A DNA stretch of 32,000 nucleotides from Mycobacterium tuberculosis H37Rv (lineage in GTDB: Bacteria > Actinomycetota > Actinomycetes > Mycobacteriales > Mycobacteriaceae). Below the pieces are notes generated by a model that made no database searches, was not told the origin of the DNA, and saw only the letters and a list, made by a program, of their open reading frames with translations. The position numbers and the translations under genes were made by a program. The stretch is from the NCBI RefSeq assembly GCF_000195955.2, contig NC_000962.3:1140001-1172000 (forward strand), written 5' to 3'. The stretch's first letter is position 1, and every line of letters begins with the position of its first letter. This document shows positions 24,573 through 32,000 of the stretch, in pieces.

Positions 24573-25435
24573 TAGGGCGTGTCTCCCAATTTCGGAGTTC
24601 CCACTCGGGCGTGGATGACGGCGCAGGCCAGCAGGACGCCGCCGAGGTAGGTCAGGGCGTATTTGTCGTAGCGGGTTGCGATGCCGCGCCACTGCTTGAG
24701 TCGATGGAAGCCGCGTTCGACGGTGTTGCGTAGCCCGTAGAGCGCGGCGTCGAATGCTGGTGGCCGCCCGCCGGCAGACCCCTTGGCCTTGCGCCGGTCG
24801 ATCTGATCTTGGCGTTCGGGGATGGTGTGCTTGATCTTCTTAGACCGTAATGCGGCACGGGTACTTGGGTGTGAGTAGGCCTTGTCGGCGAGTAAGCGGA
24901 AATCCGTGCTGCCCAGGGCGTATTCGGTGCTGGCATGGCGATAGTCGTCGAGCAGGGGCAGCAGTTGCGGGTTGTCGCCGGCCTGGCCTGCGGTCAACCG
25001 GATCCGCACCGGGGCTTCGCGCTGATCGGTCAGGGCATGGATCTTGGTGGTCAGCCCGCCGCGCGAGCGGCCGATCGCATGATCGTCGGGTTCATCGGCG
25101 GATTTCTTGTAATCCGACAGTGCCCCCTGTGGCGAGCGTGTCCGAGCAGGCGCCCGCCGAATGCTGGTGTGCCCGCACGTTCGTGGAATCCACCGACAGC
25201 AGCTTCTCGATATCCTCGGCCACCTCAGCGTCCACCCCGAACACCGCGGCAACGTGGGCGAACACCTCGTCGCAGGTACCATCCAGCGACCAACGGTGAT
25301 GGCGCTTCCACACCGTTTGCCACGGCCCGAACTCAGCGGGCAGGTCCCGCCACGGACTTCCCGTACGGAACCGCCACGCGATCCCTTCCAGGATAAGCCG
25401 GTGATCGCTAAACCGTCTGCCGGGCTTGCCCTCAT
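24572..25435 (-). CDS. IS5-family transposase OrfB (Rv1041c-like); the homologous part begins near 25130, upstream is overlapping frame
   Basis: DHAIGRSRGGLTTKIHALTDQREAPVRIRLTAGQAGDNPQLLPLLD...LLADKAYS...RNTVERGFHRLKQWRGIATRYDK. Confidence 0.85.
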   Translation of the reverse strand: MRASPADGLAITGLSWKGSRGGSVREVRGGTCPLSSGRGKRCGSAITVGRWMVPATRCSPTLPRCSGWTLRWPRISRSCCRWIPRTCGHTSIRRAPARTRSPQGALSDYKKSADEPDDHAIGRSRGGLTTKIHALTDQREAPVRIRLTAGQAGDNPQLLPLLDDYRHASTEYALGSTDFRLLADKAYSHPSTRAALRSKKIKHTIPERQDQIDRRKAKGSAGGRPPAFDAALYGLRNTVERGFHRLKQWRGIATRYDKYALTYLGGVLLACAVIHARVGTPKLGDTP

Positions 25436-25546
25436 GCGACGGCATCAACGGCTCGACCACGGCCCAGAACTCGTCCGAAATCACACCCACTCGCGTCACC
25501 GGCCAATCCTCGCTGGCCAGTACCTAAAAATTTGGGAGACACGCCC
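24575..25546 (-). mobile_element. IS5-family (IS427-like) insertion sequence, 972 bp, corresponding to 'IS-like-2' Rv1041c/Rv1042c
   Basis: Perfect 15-bp terminal inverted repeats GGGCGTGTCTCCCAA (24575-24589) / TTGGGAGACACGCCC (25532-25546), flanked on both sides by TA (24573-24574, 25547-25548). Confidence 0.92.
25092..25499 (-). CDS. IS5-family transposase OrfA (Rv1042c-like)
   Basis: VISDEFWAVVEPLMPSHEGKPGRRFSDHRLILEGIAWRFRTGSPWRDLPAEFGPWQTVWKRHHRWSLDGT. Confidence 0.9.
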   Translation of the reverse strand: MTRVGVISDEFWAVVEPLMPSHEGKPGRRFSDHRLILEGIAWRFRTGSPWRDLPAEFGPWQTVWKRHHRWSLDGTCDEVFAHVAAVFGVDAEVAEDIEKLLSVDSTNVRAHQHSAGACSDTLATGGTVGLQEIRR

Positions 25547-25620
25547 TAGGCGCGGGCTGCAGCGGTAGTACTTTGGCCTGTTCGGCGCATCTCCTATGGC
25601 TGCGGCCCGCTGGCTCAAAC

Positions 25621-25680
25621 CTTGCCTTGCCACGCCAAGCCATTCCTAGCCTTGCCTAGCCACACCATGCCCTGCCTAGA
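25621..25680. repeat. Two imperfect tandem 30-bp units rich in CCTTG/CCTAG
   Basis: cttgccttgccacgccaagccattcctagc / cttgcctagccacaccatgccctgcctaga, about 24 of 30 positions identical. Confidence 0.6.
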
Positions 25681-25780
25681 CACAGCGAGCCTACGCCGCG
25701 TCGAGTTCGGCGAAAATCAAACTGACCCACTACCACCGGATTGAAGGGTTTGGTGCGTGTTGATACGTCCCGGGTTGTGC

Positions 25781-26806
25781 CTATGGGAGGGTGTCCATCT
25801 CCACGATGCCGCCGAAGTCGAGTTCGTCGAGTGCTCGGATCACTTCGCTCGACGGGATGCCGCGATAGAAGGGTGCCGCGTTCGGTCCGGTGCCCGTCGA
25901 CGGTGCTTCCGCAGAGTCCTCGACCACGAGGCCGATCACACGGCCGTCTTGCGCAACGATCGGACCGCCGCTGTTGCCCGGCCGCGCGATTGCCGAGTAG
26001 AGGAAAATCTTCTGCCGGCCGGGGATAGTCGTCGCGGCCGGGTTGACCACCTCGCCACGCTGCACCGTGATCGCCATCTCCGCAGTCATCGGCACCCGCG
26101 GGTAACCGAACACGTAGACCTCATCCGCCCAGTCGGGATCACGGAACGCCATGCCGCCAAGCCGCGGGATGTACTTGCCTTCGGGCATCTCGAATTTGAT
26201 TACTGCGACGTCGAGCGTGGGGTGCGGGTGAGCGGTGCCCGAGAAGTTCACCAACTCGGCTTCGGCGTGGTTGCTTGACGGATAGACGGACAGACCTGCG
26301 CTCGTGCCCGCGAGCCCGGTCACGACATGTTTGTTGGTGATGACGTGATTGTGGTCGACGACGAGGCCGGTTCCCCAACTATCCACCGGATTGCCAGCGT
26401 CGTCGTGACCGGCGAGTTGAACGGTCACCGCGTTGTAGCTCGGGATGATGAGCTCGGCACCGAACACCTCGGACAACCAGAGGTTGCCGCCACGCTGTCC
26501 CTTCGATATCGCCCCCTGCGAGATGTACTTCTGCCCCATGACTGGCAATCGCGGGTCCCAACCGAGCGGCAGCAGAAGTCCCGCGCGTTCCATCGAGCTG
26601 AGGATGCGGTGGAGGGTCACCGCGTCGCCCGCGGCGGGCAGGCCGAGGGTGCTCAGGTATCGGGAGAAATCTGCGACCGACCACGGTTCGAAGGGCACCG
26701 TCGTCGGCAGACCGATATCCGAGTCAACCGGTGGTGGTTCGGGTTTGCCGATCGCCGCCGCAACCACCGGGTTGTGGACCAGCCCGAAGAATTGATGGGC
26801 GCACAT
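25781..26806 (-). CDS. Trypsin-like serine protease, no evident signal peptide (Rv1043c-like)
   Basis: Catalytic triad context: VITNKHVV (His), TLDVAVIKFEMP (Asp), SAIARPGNSGGPIVAQDGRVIGLVV (Ser). ATG 26806 gives 341 aa; in-frame extension to 26818. Confidence 0.85.
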   Translation of the reverse strand: MCAHQFFGLVHNPVVAAAIGKPEPPPVDSDIGLPTTVPFEPWSVADFSRYLSTLGLPAAGDAVTLHRILSSMERAGLLLPLGWDPRLPVMGQKYISQGAISKGQRGGNLWLSEVFGAELIIPSYNAVTVQLAGHDDAGNPVDSWGTGLVVDHNHVITNKHVVTGLAGTSAGLSVYPSSNHAEAELVNFSGTAHPHPTLDVAVIKFEMPEGKYIPRLGGMAFRDPDWADEVYVFGYPRVPMTAEMAITVQRGEVVNPAATTIPGRQKIFLYSAIARPGNSGGPIVAQDGRVIGLVVEDSAEAPSTGTGPNAAPFYRGIPSSEVIRALDELDFGGIVEMDTLP

Positions 26807-27052
26807 CGCCACGTTCACACGCCACGCAGGAGTCCCGGGCTTCAGGTCGGCCGCCGTGAGCTGTCGCGGTCAGGTGCTTTCCGCGCCATCCGCCGTCACC
26901 TCTGCCATGGTCCATCTACGGTATCTGCGACAAGGGCAGCGTCGATGCCTCGACATGCAGAGTCGGTGTTCGCTTCACGCGAACTAGGCGCGCCTAGCCT
27001 GGACGAGTCCCCGGGCCGACATTCGCCCGAGGCCTTGGCCTCCATCACCTAA

Positions 27053-27676
27053 TTGTGTGCAAAACCGTATCTAATTGATACGATTGCGCACATGGCTATC
27101 TGGGATCGCCTCGTCGAGGTTGCCGCCGAGCAACATGGCTACGTCACGACTCGCGATGCGCGAGACATCGGCGTCGACCCTGTGCAGCTCCGCCTCCTAG
27201 CGGGGCGCGGACGTCTTGAGCGTGTCGGCCGAGGTGTGTACCGGGTGCCCGTGCTGCCGCGTGGTGAGCACGACGATCTCGCAGCCGCAGTGTCGTGGAC
27301 TTTGGGGCGTGGCGTTATCTCGCATGAGTCGGCCTTGGCGCTTCATGCCCTCGCTGACGTGAACCCGTCGCGCATCCATCTCACCGTCCCGCGCAACAAC
27401 CATCCGCGTGCGGCCGGGGGCGAGCTGTACCGAGTTCACCGCCGCGACCTCCAGGCAGCCCACGTCACTTCGGTCGACGGAATACCCGTCACGACGGTTG
27501 CGCGCACCATCAAAGACTGCGTGAAGACGGGCACGGATCCTTATCAGCTTCGGGCCGCGATCGAGCGAGCCGAAGCCGAGGGCACGCTTCGTCGTGGGTC
27601 AGCAGCTGAGCTACGCGCTGCGCTCGATGAGACCACTGCCGGATTACGCGCTCGGCCGAAGCGAGCATCGGCGTGA
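27053..27676 (+). CDS. AbiEi-family antitoxin/transcriptional regulator (MenA3, Rv1044); real start may be ATG 27092
   Basis: MAIWDRLVEVAAEQHGYVTTRDARDIGVDPVQLRLLAGRGRLERVGRGVYRVPVLP N-terminal winged helix, then VTTVARTIKDCV. Confidence 0.93.
   Translation: MCAKPYLIDTIAHMAIWDRLVEVAAEQHGYVTTRDARDIGVDPVQLRLLAGRGRLERVGRGVYRVPVLPRGEHDDLAAAVSWTLGRGVISHESALALHALADVNPSRIHLTVPRNNHPRAAGGELYRVHRRDLQAAHVTSVDGIPVTTVARTIKDCVKTGTDPYQLRAAIERAEAEGTLRRGSAAELRAALDETTAGLRARPKRASA
27054..27092. promoter_or_regulatory. Imperfect palindrome, candidate autoregulatory operator of the AbiEi/AbiEii operon
   Basis: TGTGTGCAAAACCGTATC-taatt-GATACGATTGCGCACA, ending at the in-frame ATG 27092. Confidence 0.6.
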
Positions 27677-28554
27677 CCAAGCCCTATTCGTCGCCGCCAA
27701 CGAACCTGCGCTCACTACGAGATCGGCTCACCCAAGTAGCGGAACGGCAAGGTGTCGTGTTCGGTCGACTGCAGCGGCATGTCGCGATGATTGTTGTCGC
27801 ACAGTTCGCGGCCACGCTCACCGACGACACCGGCGCTCCGCTGCTGTTGGTCAAAGGCGGATCGTCGCTGGAACTGCGCCGGGGAATTCCCGATTCGCGG
27901 ACCTCCAAAGACTTCGACACGGTCGCACGTCGCGATATCGAATTAATCCATGAACAGCTCGCTGACGCGGGCGAGACGGGGTGGGAAGGATTCACTGCAA
28001 TCTTCACCGCCCCCGAAGAAATCGATGTTCCTGGTATGCCGGTCAAGCCGCGCCGATTCACCGCCAAGCTGAGCTACCGAGGCCGGGCTTTCGCAACTGT
28101 TCCGATCGAGGTCTCCTCCGTCGAAGCCGGCAATGCCGACCAATTCGACACCCTCACCTCAGACGCGCTCGGCCTCGTGGGCGTACCCGCAGCAGTCGCC
28201 GTACCCTGCATGACCATTCCCTGGCAAATCGCGCAGAAGCTGCACGCAGTAACTGCCGTGCTCGAAGAACCGAAGGTCAACGACCGCGCTCACGACCTGG
28301 TGGACTTGCAGCTTCTTGAAGGACTGTTGCTCGATGCCGACCTCATGCCGACGCGCAGCGCGTGCATCGCGATATTCGAAGCGCGCGCCCAGCATCCTTG
28401 GCCACCGAGAGTCGCCACGCTGCCGCACTGGCCGCTGATCTATGCAGGTGCGCTGGAGGGGCTTGACCACCTTGAACTCGCCAGGACGGTCGACGCGGCG
28501 GCCCAGGCAGTGCAGCGATTCGTTGCGCGGATTGATCGGGCGACGAAAAGATGA
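27673..28554 (+). CDS. AbiEii-family nucleotidyltransferase toxin (MenT3/TglT, Rv1045)
   Basis: LLVKGGSSLELRRGIPDSRTSKDFDTV nucleotidyltransferase motif; GTG start overlaps the upstream stop by GTGA. Confidence 0.93.
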   Translation: MTKPYSSPPTNLRSLRDRLTQVAERQGVVFGRLQRHVAMIVVAQFAATLTDDTGAPLLLVKGGSSLELRRGIPDSRTSKDFDTVARRDIELIHEQLADAGETGWEGFTAIFTAPEEIDVPGMPVKPRRFTAKLSYRGRAFATVPIEVSSVEAGNADQFDTLTSDALGLVGVPAAVAVPCMTIPWQIAQKLHAVTAVLEEPKVNDRAHDLVDLQLLEGLLLDADLMPTRSACIAIFEARAQHPWPPRVATLPHWPLIYAGALEGLDHLELARTVDAAAQAVQRFVARIDRATKR

Positions 28555-28703
28555 GTGCTGGCGCGGCCTGCGGCGCACGGGAGAACACAGGGACCACCCC
28601 GGTTCCATAGTCAACGTCAGCGGTGCGGGTGTCGATCAGACGACGAATGGAATCGCCCTCGCATTCCTCGCGATCGAGTGCCTATGAGCCGCGCTCCTGC
28701 GGC

Positions 28704-29228
28704 CTAGGCGAGCGCTTCCGGGGCTCTCAGACATCGGCCTCGTGGCGGTGTGCGCGGCGGCATGTGGCTCTGTGATCTCTTGCGCGAGCGCCGATTGCGA
28801 ATTTCGTCCGGCGAAAAGTGACCGCTCCGTGACCTTAATGCAAGAGGTGTGTGGTGTGGAGAGGGGCGGGAGGAAGGGAGTGAGGCGACGGTGTCGAGAT
28901 GCAGCGAGGATTGGTGGACTTCCGGTAGTTGTTTAACAAGGCCCCGGAGACCAGGGGGCGAGGGAGAGCGCGGGCCGACTTGGGTGGGTGAGCCTGGCTT
29001 GGGCTGGTGCGTGAGCGGAGGATCGCTGGTGGCCCCGTAGTTGGCGTTGGCCTGCGGACGTGCCGCGCCTGCGAGGGATTCGTCAATCTTCCTGTTGATG
29101 TCGCCCGTGCCACGTCGGTGAGATGTCGAAGGGATGTGACCTGGTGCGTTCGCGAACAGCTGCTGACCACGGCCACCGACGGCGCTCAACTGTCGTCGAT
29201 TCCATCCCACCCGTGCTTGGACTTTCAA
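28704..29228 (-). CDS. Hypothetical protein (Rv1046c position), weak coding evidence
   Basis: Open frame only, TTG start at 29228; no recognisable domain. Confidence 0.2.
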   Translation of the reverse strand: MKVQARVGWNRRQLSAVGGRGQQLFANAPGHIPSTSHRRGTGDINRKIDESLAGAARPQANANYGATSDPPLTHQPKPGSPTQVGPRSPSPPGLRGLVKQLPEVHQSSLHLDTVASLPSSRPSPHHTPLALRSRSGHFSPDEIRNRRSRKRSQSHMPPRTPPRGRCLRAPEALA

Positions 29229-29370
29229 ACTGTCCGGCGCCGATGGGGAAACCTGGTGTTTGGCCGGAACGTGGCGCCGAGCCTCGATAATATCAGCAGT
29301 TACGTCCAGGGGTGTGGTGTACGGGCAGGTAAGGCCGGTGGGCGTGTCGTAGCCCAGTAGTGGGCGGTCA

Positions 29371-30694
29371 TCGCGTGATCCTTCGAAACGACCAGCAAAA
29401 GTCAATCGAAGGAAATGACGCAATGACCTCTTCTCATCTTATCGACGCCGAGCAGCTTCTGGCTGACCAACTCGCACAGGCGAGCCCGGATCTGCTGCGC
29501 GGGCTGCTCTCGACGTTCATCGCCGCCTTGATGGGGGCTGAAGCCGACGCCCTGTGCGGGGCGGGCTACCGCGAACGCAGCGATGAGCGGTCCAATCAGC
29601 GCAACGGCTACCGCCACCGTGATTTCGACACCCGTGCCGCAACCATCGACGTCGCGATCCCCAAGCTGCGCCAGGGCAGCTATTTCCCGGACTGGCTGCT
29701 GCAGCGCCGCAAGCGAGCTGAACGCGCACTGACCAGCGTGGTGGCGACCTGCTACCTGCTGGGAGTATCCACTCGCCGGATGGAGCGCCTGGTCGAAACA
29801 CTTGGTGTGACAAAGCTTTCCAAGTCGCAAGTGTCGATCATGGCCAAAGAGCTCGACGAAGCCGTAGAGGCGTTTCGGACCCGCCCGCTCGATGCCGGCC
29901 CGTATACCTTCCTCGCCGCCGACGCCCTGGTGCTCAAGGTGCGCGAGGCAGGCCGCGTCGTCGGGGTGCACACCTTGATCGCCACCGGCGTCAACGCCGA
30001 GGGCTACCGAGAGATCCTGGGCATCCAGGTCACCTCCGCCGAGGACGGGGCCGGCTGGCTGGCGTTCTTCCGCGACCTGGTCGCCCGCGGCCTGTCCGGG
30101 GTCGCGCTGGTCACCAGCGACGCCCACGCCGGCCTGGTGGCCGCGATCGGCGCCACCCTGCCCGCAGCGGCCTGGCAGCGCTGCAGAACCCACTACGCAG
30201 CCAATCTGATGGCAGCCACCCCGAAGCCCTCCTGGCCGTGGGTGCGCACCCTGCTGCACTCCATCTACGACCAGCCCGACGCCGAATCAGTTGTTGCCCA
30301 ATATGATCGGGTACTCGACGCTCTGACCGACAAACTCCCCGCGGTGGCCGAGCACCTCGACACCGCCCGCACCGACCTGCTGGCGTTCACCGCCTTCCCC
30401 AAGCAGATCTGGCGCCAAATCTGGTCCAACAACCCCCAGGAACGCCTCAACCGAGAGGTACGACGCCGAACCGACGTCGTGGGCATCTTCCCCGACCGCG
30501 CCTCGATCATCCGCCTCGTCGGAGCCGTCCTCGCCGAACAACACGACGAATGGATCGAAGGACGGCGCTACCTGGGCCTCGAGGTCCTCACCCGAGCCCG
30601 AGCAGCACTGACCAGCACCGAAGAACCCGCCAAGCAGCAAACCACCAACACCCCAGCACTGACCACCTAGACTGCCACCCGAAGGATCACGCGA
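29371..30694 (+). mobile_element. IS1081 (IS256 family), complete, 1324 bp
   Basis: Perfect 15-bp terminal inverted repeats TCGCGTGATCCTTCG (29371-29385) / CGAAGGATCACGCGA (30680-30694) enclosing an intact transposase. Confidence 0.97.
29423..30670 (+). CDS. IS1081 mutator-type transposase (415 aa)
   Basis: MTSSHLIDAEQLLADQLAQASPDLLRGLL...GAGYRERSDERSNQRNGYRHRDFDTRAATIDVAIPKLRQGSYFPDWL. Confidence 0.97.
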   Translation: MTSSHLIDAEQLLADQLAQASPDLLRGLLSTFIAALMGAEADALCGAGYRERSDERSNQRNGYRHRDFDTRAATIDVAIPKLRQGSYFPDWLLQRRKRAERALTSVVATCYLLGVSTRRMERLVETLGVTKLSKSQVSIMAKELDEAVEAFRTRPLDAGPYTFLAADALVLKVREAGRVVGVHTLIATGVNAEGYREILGIQVTSAEDGAGWLAFFRDLVARGLSGVALVTSDAHAGLVAAIGATLPAAAWQRCRTHYAANLMAATPKPSWPWVRTLLHSIYDQPDAESVVAQYDRVLDALTDKLPAVAEHLDTARTDLLAFTAFPKQIWRQIWSNNPQERLNREVRRRTDVVGIFPDRASIIRLVGAVLAEQHDEWIEGRRYLGLEVLTRARAALTSTEEPAKQQTTNTPALTT

Positions 30695-30777
30695 GGAACC
30701 TTCACTCGTACACCACGTCCCTGGCCTTGGCCGAAGGTAGAACGCCAGCACGACTTGCTGTTGTCAACTCTTGCGAG

Positions 30778-31041
30778 TTACGTGAGTGCGGCCGGAGCAC
30801 ACGCTCGTATCGTCGTCACAGTCGAAGGGCGCGATCTTGAGTTCGACGTATCGACCTTCGCCCTTGTGGGCCCGCAGCAGCTGCCCGAAGTCGAGCCGTC
30901 GCAGTAGTGACCGGGGGCCCAGTTAGCGATGGCTTTGTCACTGTGGAGGGTCTCCCTCCCGTAGTGATGCACCACTCGCACGAGAGCCAATTCGGCCGCC
31001 CGTCGCGCCGCAGCAGAGCGCGGTGGCTCTTCGTCGTTCAT
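30778..31041 (-). pseudogene. Remnant of a gene ATGA-coupled to the gene below; N-terminus resembles AbiEii/AbiGii-type toxin partners
   Basis: MNDEEPPRSAAARRAAELALVRVVHHYG then unrelated-looking residues; ATG 31041-31039 overlaps the stop at 31038-31040. Confidence 0.45.
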
Positions 31042-32000
31042 TTGGTCATCGCCTCGCGTAGATGTTCCGCCGCGTCTTCGCCGCGGACGCCGGCCGTGCG
31101 TAGGTCGGCGTATACCCTCGGCCATAACATCGACCTAAACCCCTGCAGGTTCTGTTCGGTCAGCCGGGCGCACGCTGGGGTCGGGAAGAAGCGCAATATC
31201 AACCGACCGCCGGCGATTTCCTGCAATCCCGCAGCCATTGCTGCACGGCGAAGATCGCTCCATGATCGCCCGGGCACGTAGATTTCCATCGGAGCTATTT
31301 CCGTCTGCATTGGCGCGAGCAGGCTCGCCGACAACGCGCTTGTGGCTGCCCACTCAATGCCTGCGGCATCCCACAACTGGCCGGCCTTGACCACGCCGGC
31401 AGTCGGATCGCGCCACAGCACACCAGTCGAAATAGAAATCGGCGACCGAAGCTTGTCTGCTGCCTCAGCGTATGCATCCAACAGCGCATCGCGATCAACG
31501 ATCAGGCGCGCCGATTTCGGGCCGCGGGCAGTGGCACTGGCCAGATGGCCGTTTTTTTCGAGAAACTTCAACGCCTGAGCGCTGCTTCCCATCGAGAGAC
31601 CGGTGGCCTCTACAACCGAGGCGACAGTTGGACCGGCGATGTTCGCCAGCAGCGCTTCACATACGGCAAGTGTGGCGCGGCGCCAGCCTATGCGCGCGTC
31701 GAGTGGGGCAGGTGGCGCGCCTTTCGTCTCGATCACCAGAGTGGTTCCAGTTGATGTGTTTCGGTAGTGGATATCGGCAGCGCCCGACTCGTCCACCCAC
31801 CCAACACCGGCGTCATGTGCCGCCTTCCGGGCACCAGGAGACATCGTGGGTGCAGCCAAAATGTCGGGCCGGGATGTGGCGTGGAGTGCCTCGGCTACCT
31901 GACGGGGCCAACCAGTCGTGAGCCAGCGAACCAGGAACTCTGCGCCGTCGAGCGACACAATCACGTCGCGATGAGGGCCGTTTACGCGTCGTGCGCGCAC
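31038..32000 (-). CDS. Hypothetical protein (Rv1048c), likely AbiEi-type antitoxin-like architecture; 5' end outside window
   Basis: AGVGWVDESGAADIHYRNTSTGTTLVIETKG, a helix-turn-helix-like segment (GPTVASVVEATGLSMGSSAQALKFLEKNGHLASATARG), and WAATSALSASLLAP...IYVPG...GGRLILRFFPTP. Confidence 0.75.
   Translation of the reverse strand: MRARRVNGPHRDVIVSLDGAEFLVRWLTTGWPRQVAEALHATSRPDILAAPTMSPGARKAAHDAGVGWVDESGAADIHYRNTSTGTTLVIETKGAPPAPLDARIGWRRATLAVCEALLANIAGPTVASVVEATGLSMGSSAQALKFLEKNGHLASATARGPKSARLIVDRDALLDAYAEAADKLRSPISISTGVLWRDPTAGVVKAGQLWDAAGIEWAATSALSASLLAPMQTEIAPMEIYVPGRSWSDLRRAAMAAGLQEIAGGRLILRFFPTPACARLTEQNLQGFRSMLWPRVYADLRTAGVRGEDAAEHLREAMTK

Noticed and set aside
28704-29423. 239-aa minus-strand ORF running into the left end of IS1081
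   Set aside because: The upstream part crosses the IS terminus and lacks protein-like composition; kept only as a low-confidence hypothetical from 29228.
29402-30259. 285-aa minus-strand ORF inside IS1081
   Set aside because: Antisense to the intact IS1081 transposase with no domain support.

Overview
GC-rich actinobacterial chromosome. From protein content and gene order I recognise it as Mycobacterium tuberculosis complex, matching the H37Rv segment Rv1020-Rv1048c (recalled from memory, not searched). The left half is core genome: mfd (3' part), mazG-like gene, lpqU, eno, a DivIC/FtsB-like gene, a DUF501 gene, ppx2, kdpE/kdpD divergent from kdpFABC, and trcS/trcR. From about 18.8 kb the window is accessory: a decayed IS1560-type element, esxI/esxJ, PPE15/PE8, an IS5-family two-ORF element with perfect 15-bp ends, a trypsin-like protease, an AbiEi/AbiEii (MenA3/MenT3) type IV-like toxin-antitoxin pair, a complete 1324-bp IS1081, and a gene resembling an AbiEi-type antitoxin running off the right edge. 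Most interesting leads: (1) an unlisted 48-codon membrane ORF translationally coupled upstream of kdpF; (2) a HipA-like kinase relic whose N-terminal part is on + and whose central/C-terminal part is on -, rejoining in order if one segment ending at the IS5 insertion is flipped; (3) a second AbiE-like locus (Rv1048c) whose ATGA-coupled partner is a short remnant beside IS1081; (4) an imperfect palindrome covering the long-ORF start of the AbiEi gene, suggesting an operator and a start 13 codons downstream; (5) a stop-interrupted winged-helix-like gene between ppx2 and kdpE. I cannot demonstrate a wholly new, intact system from this sequence alone.
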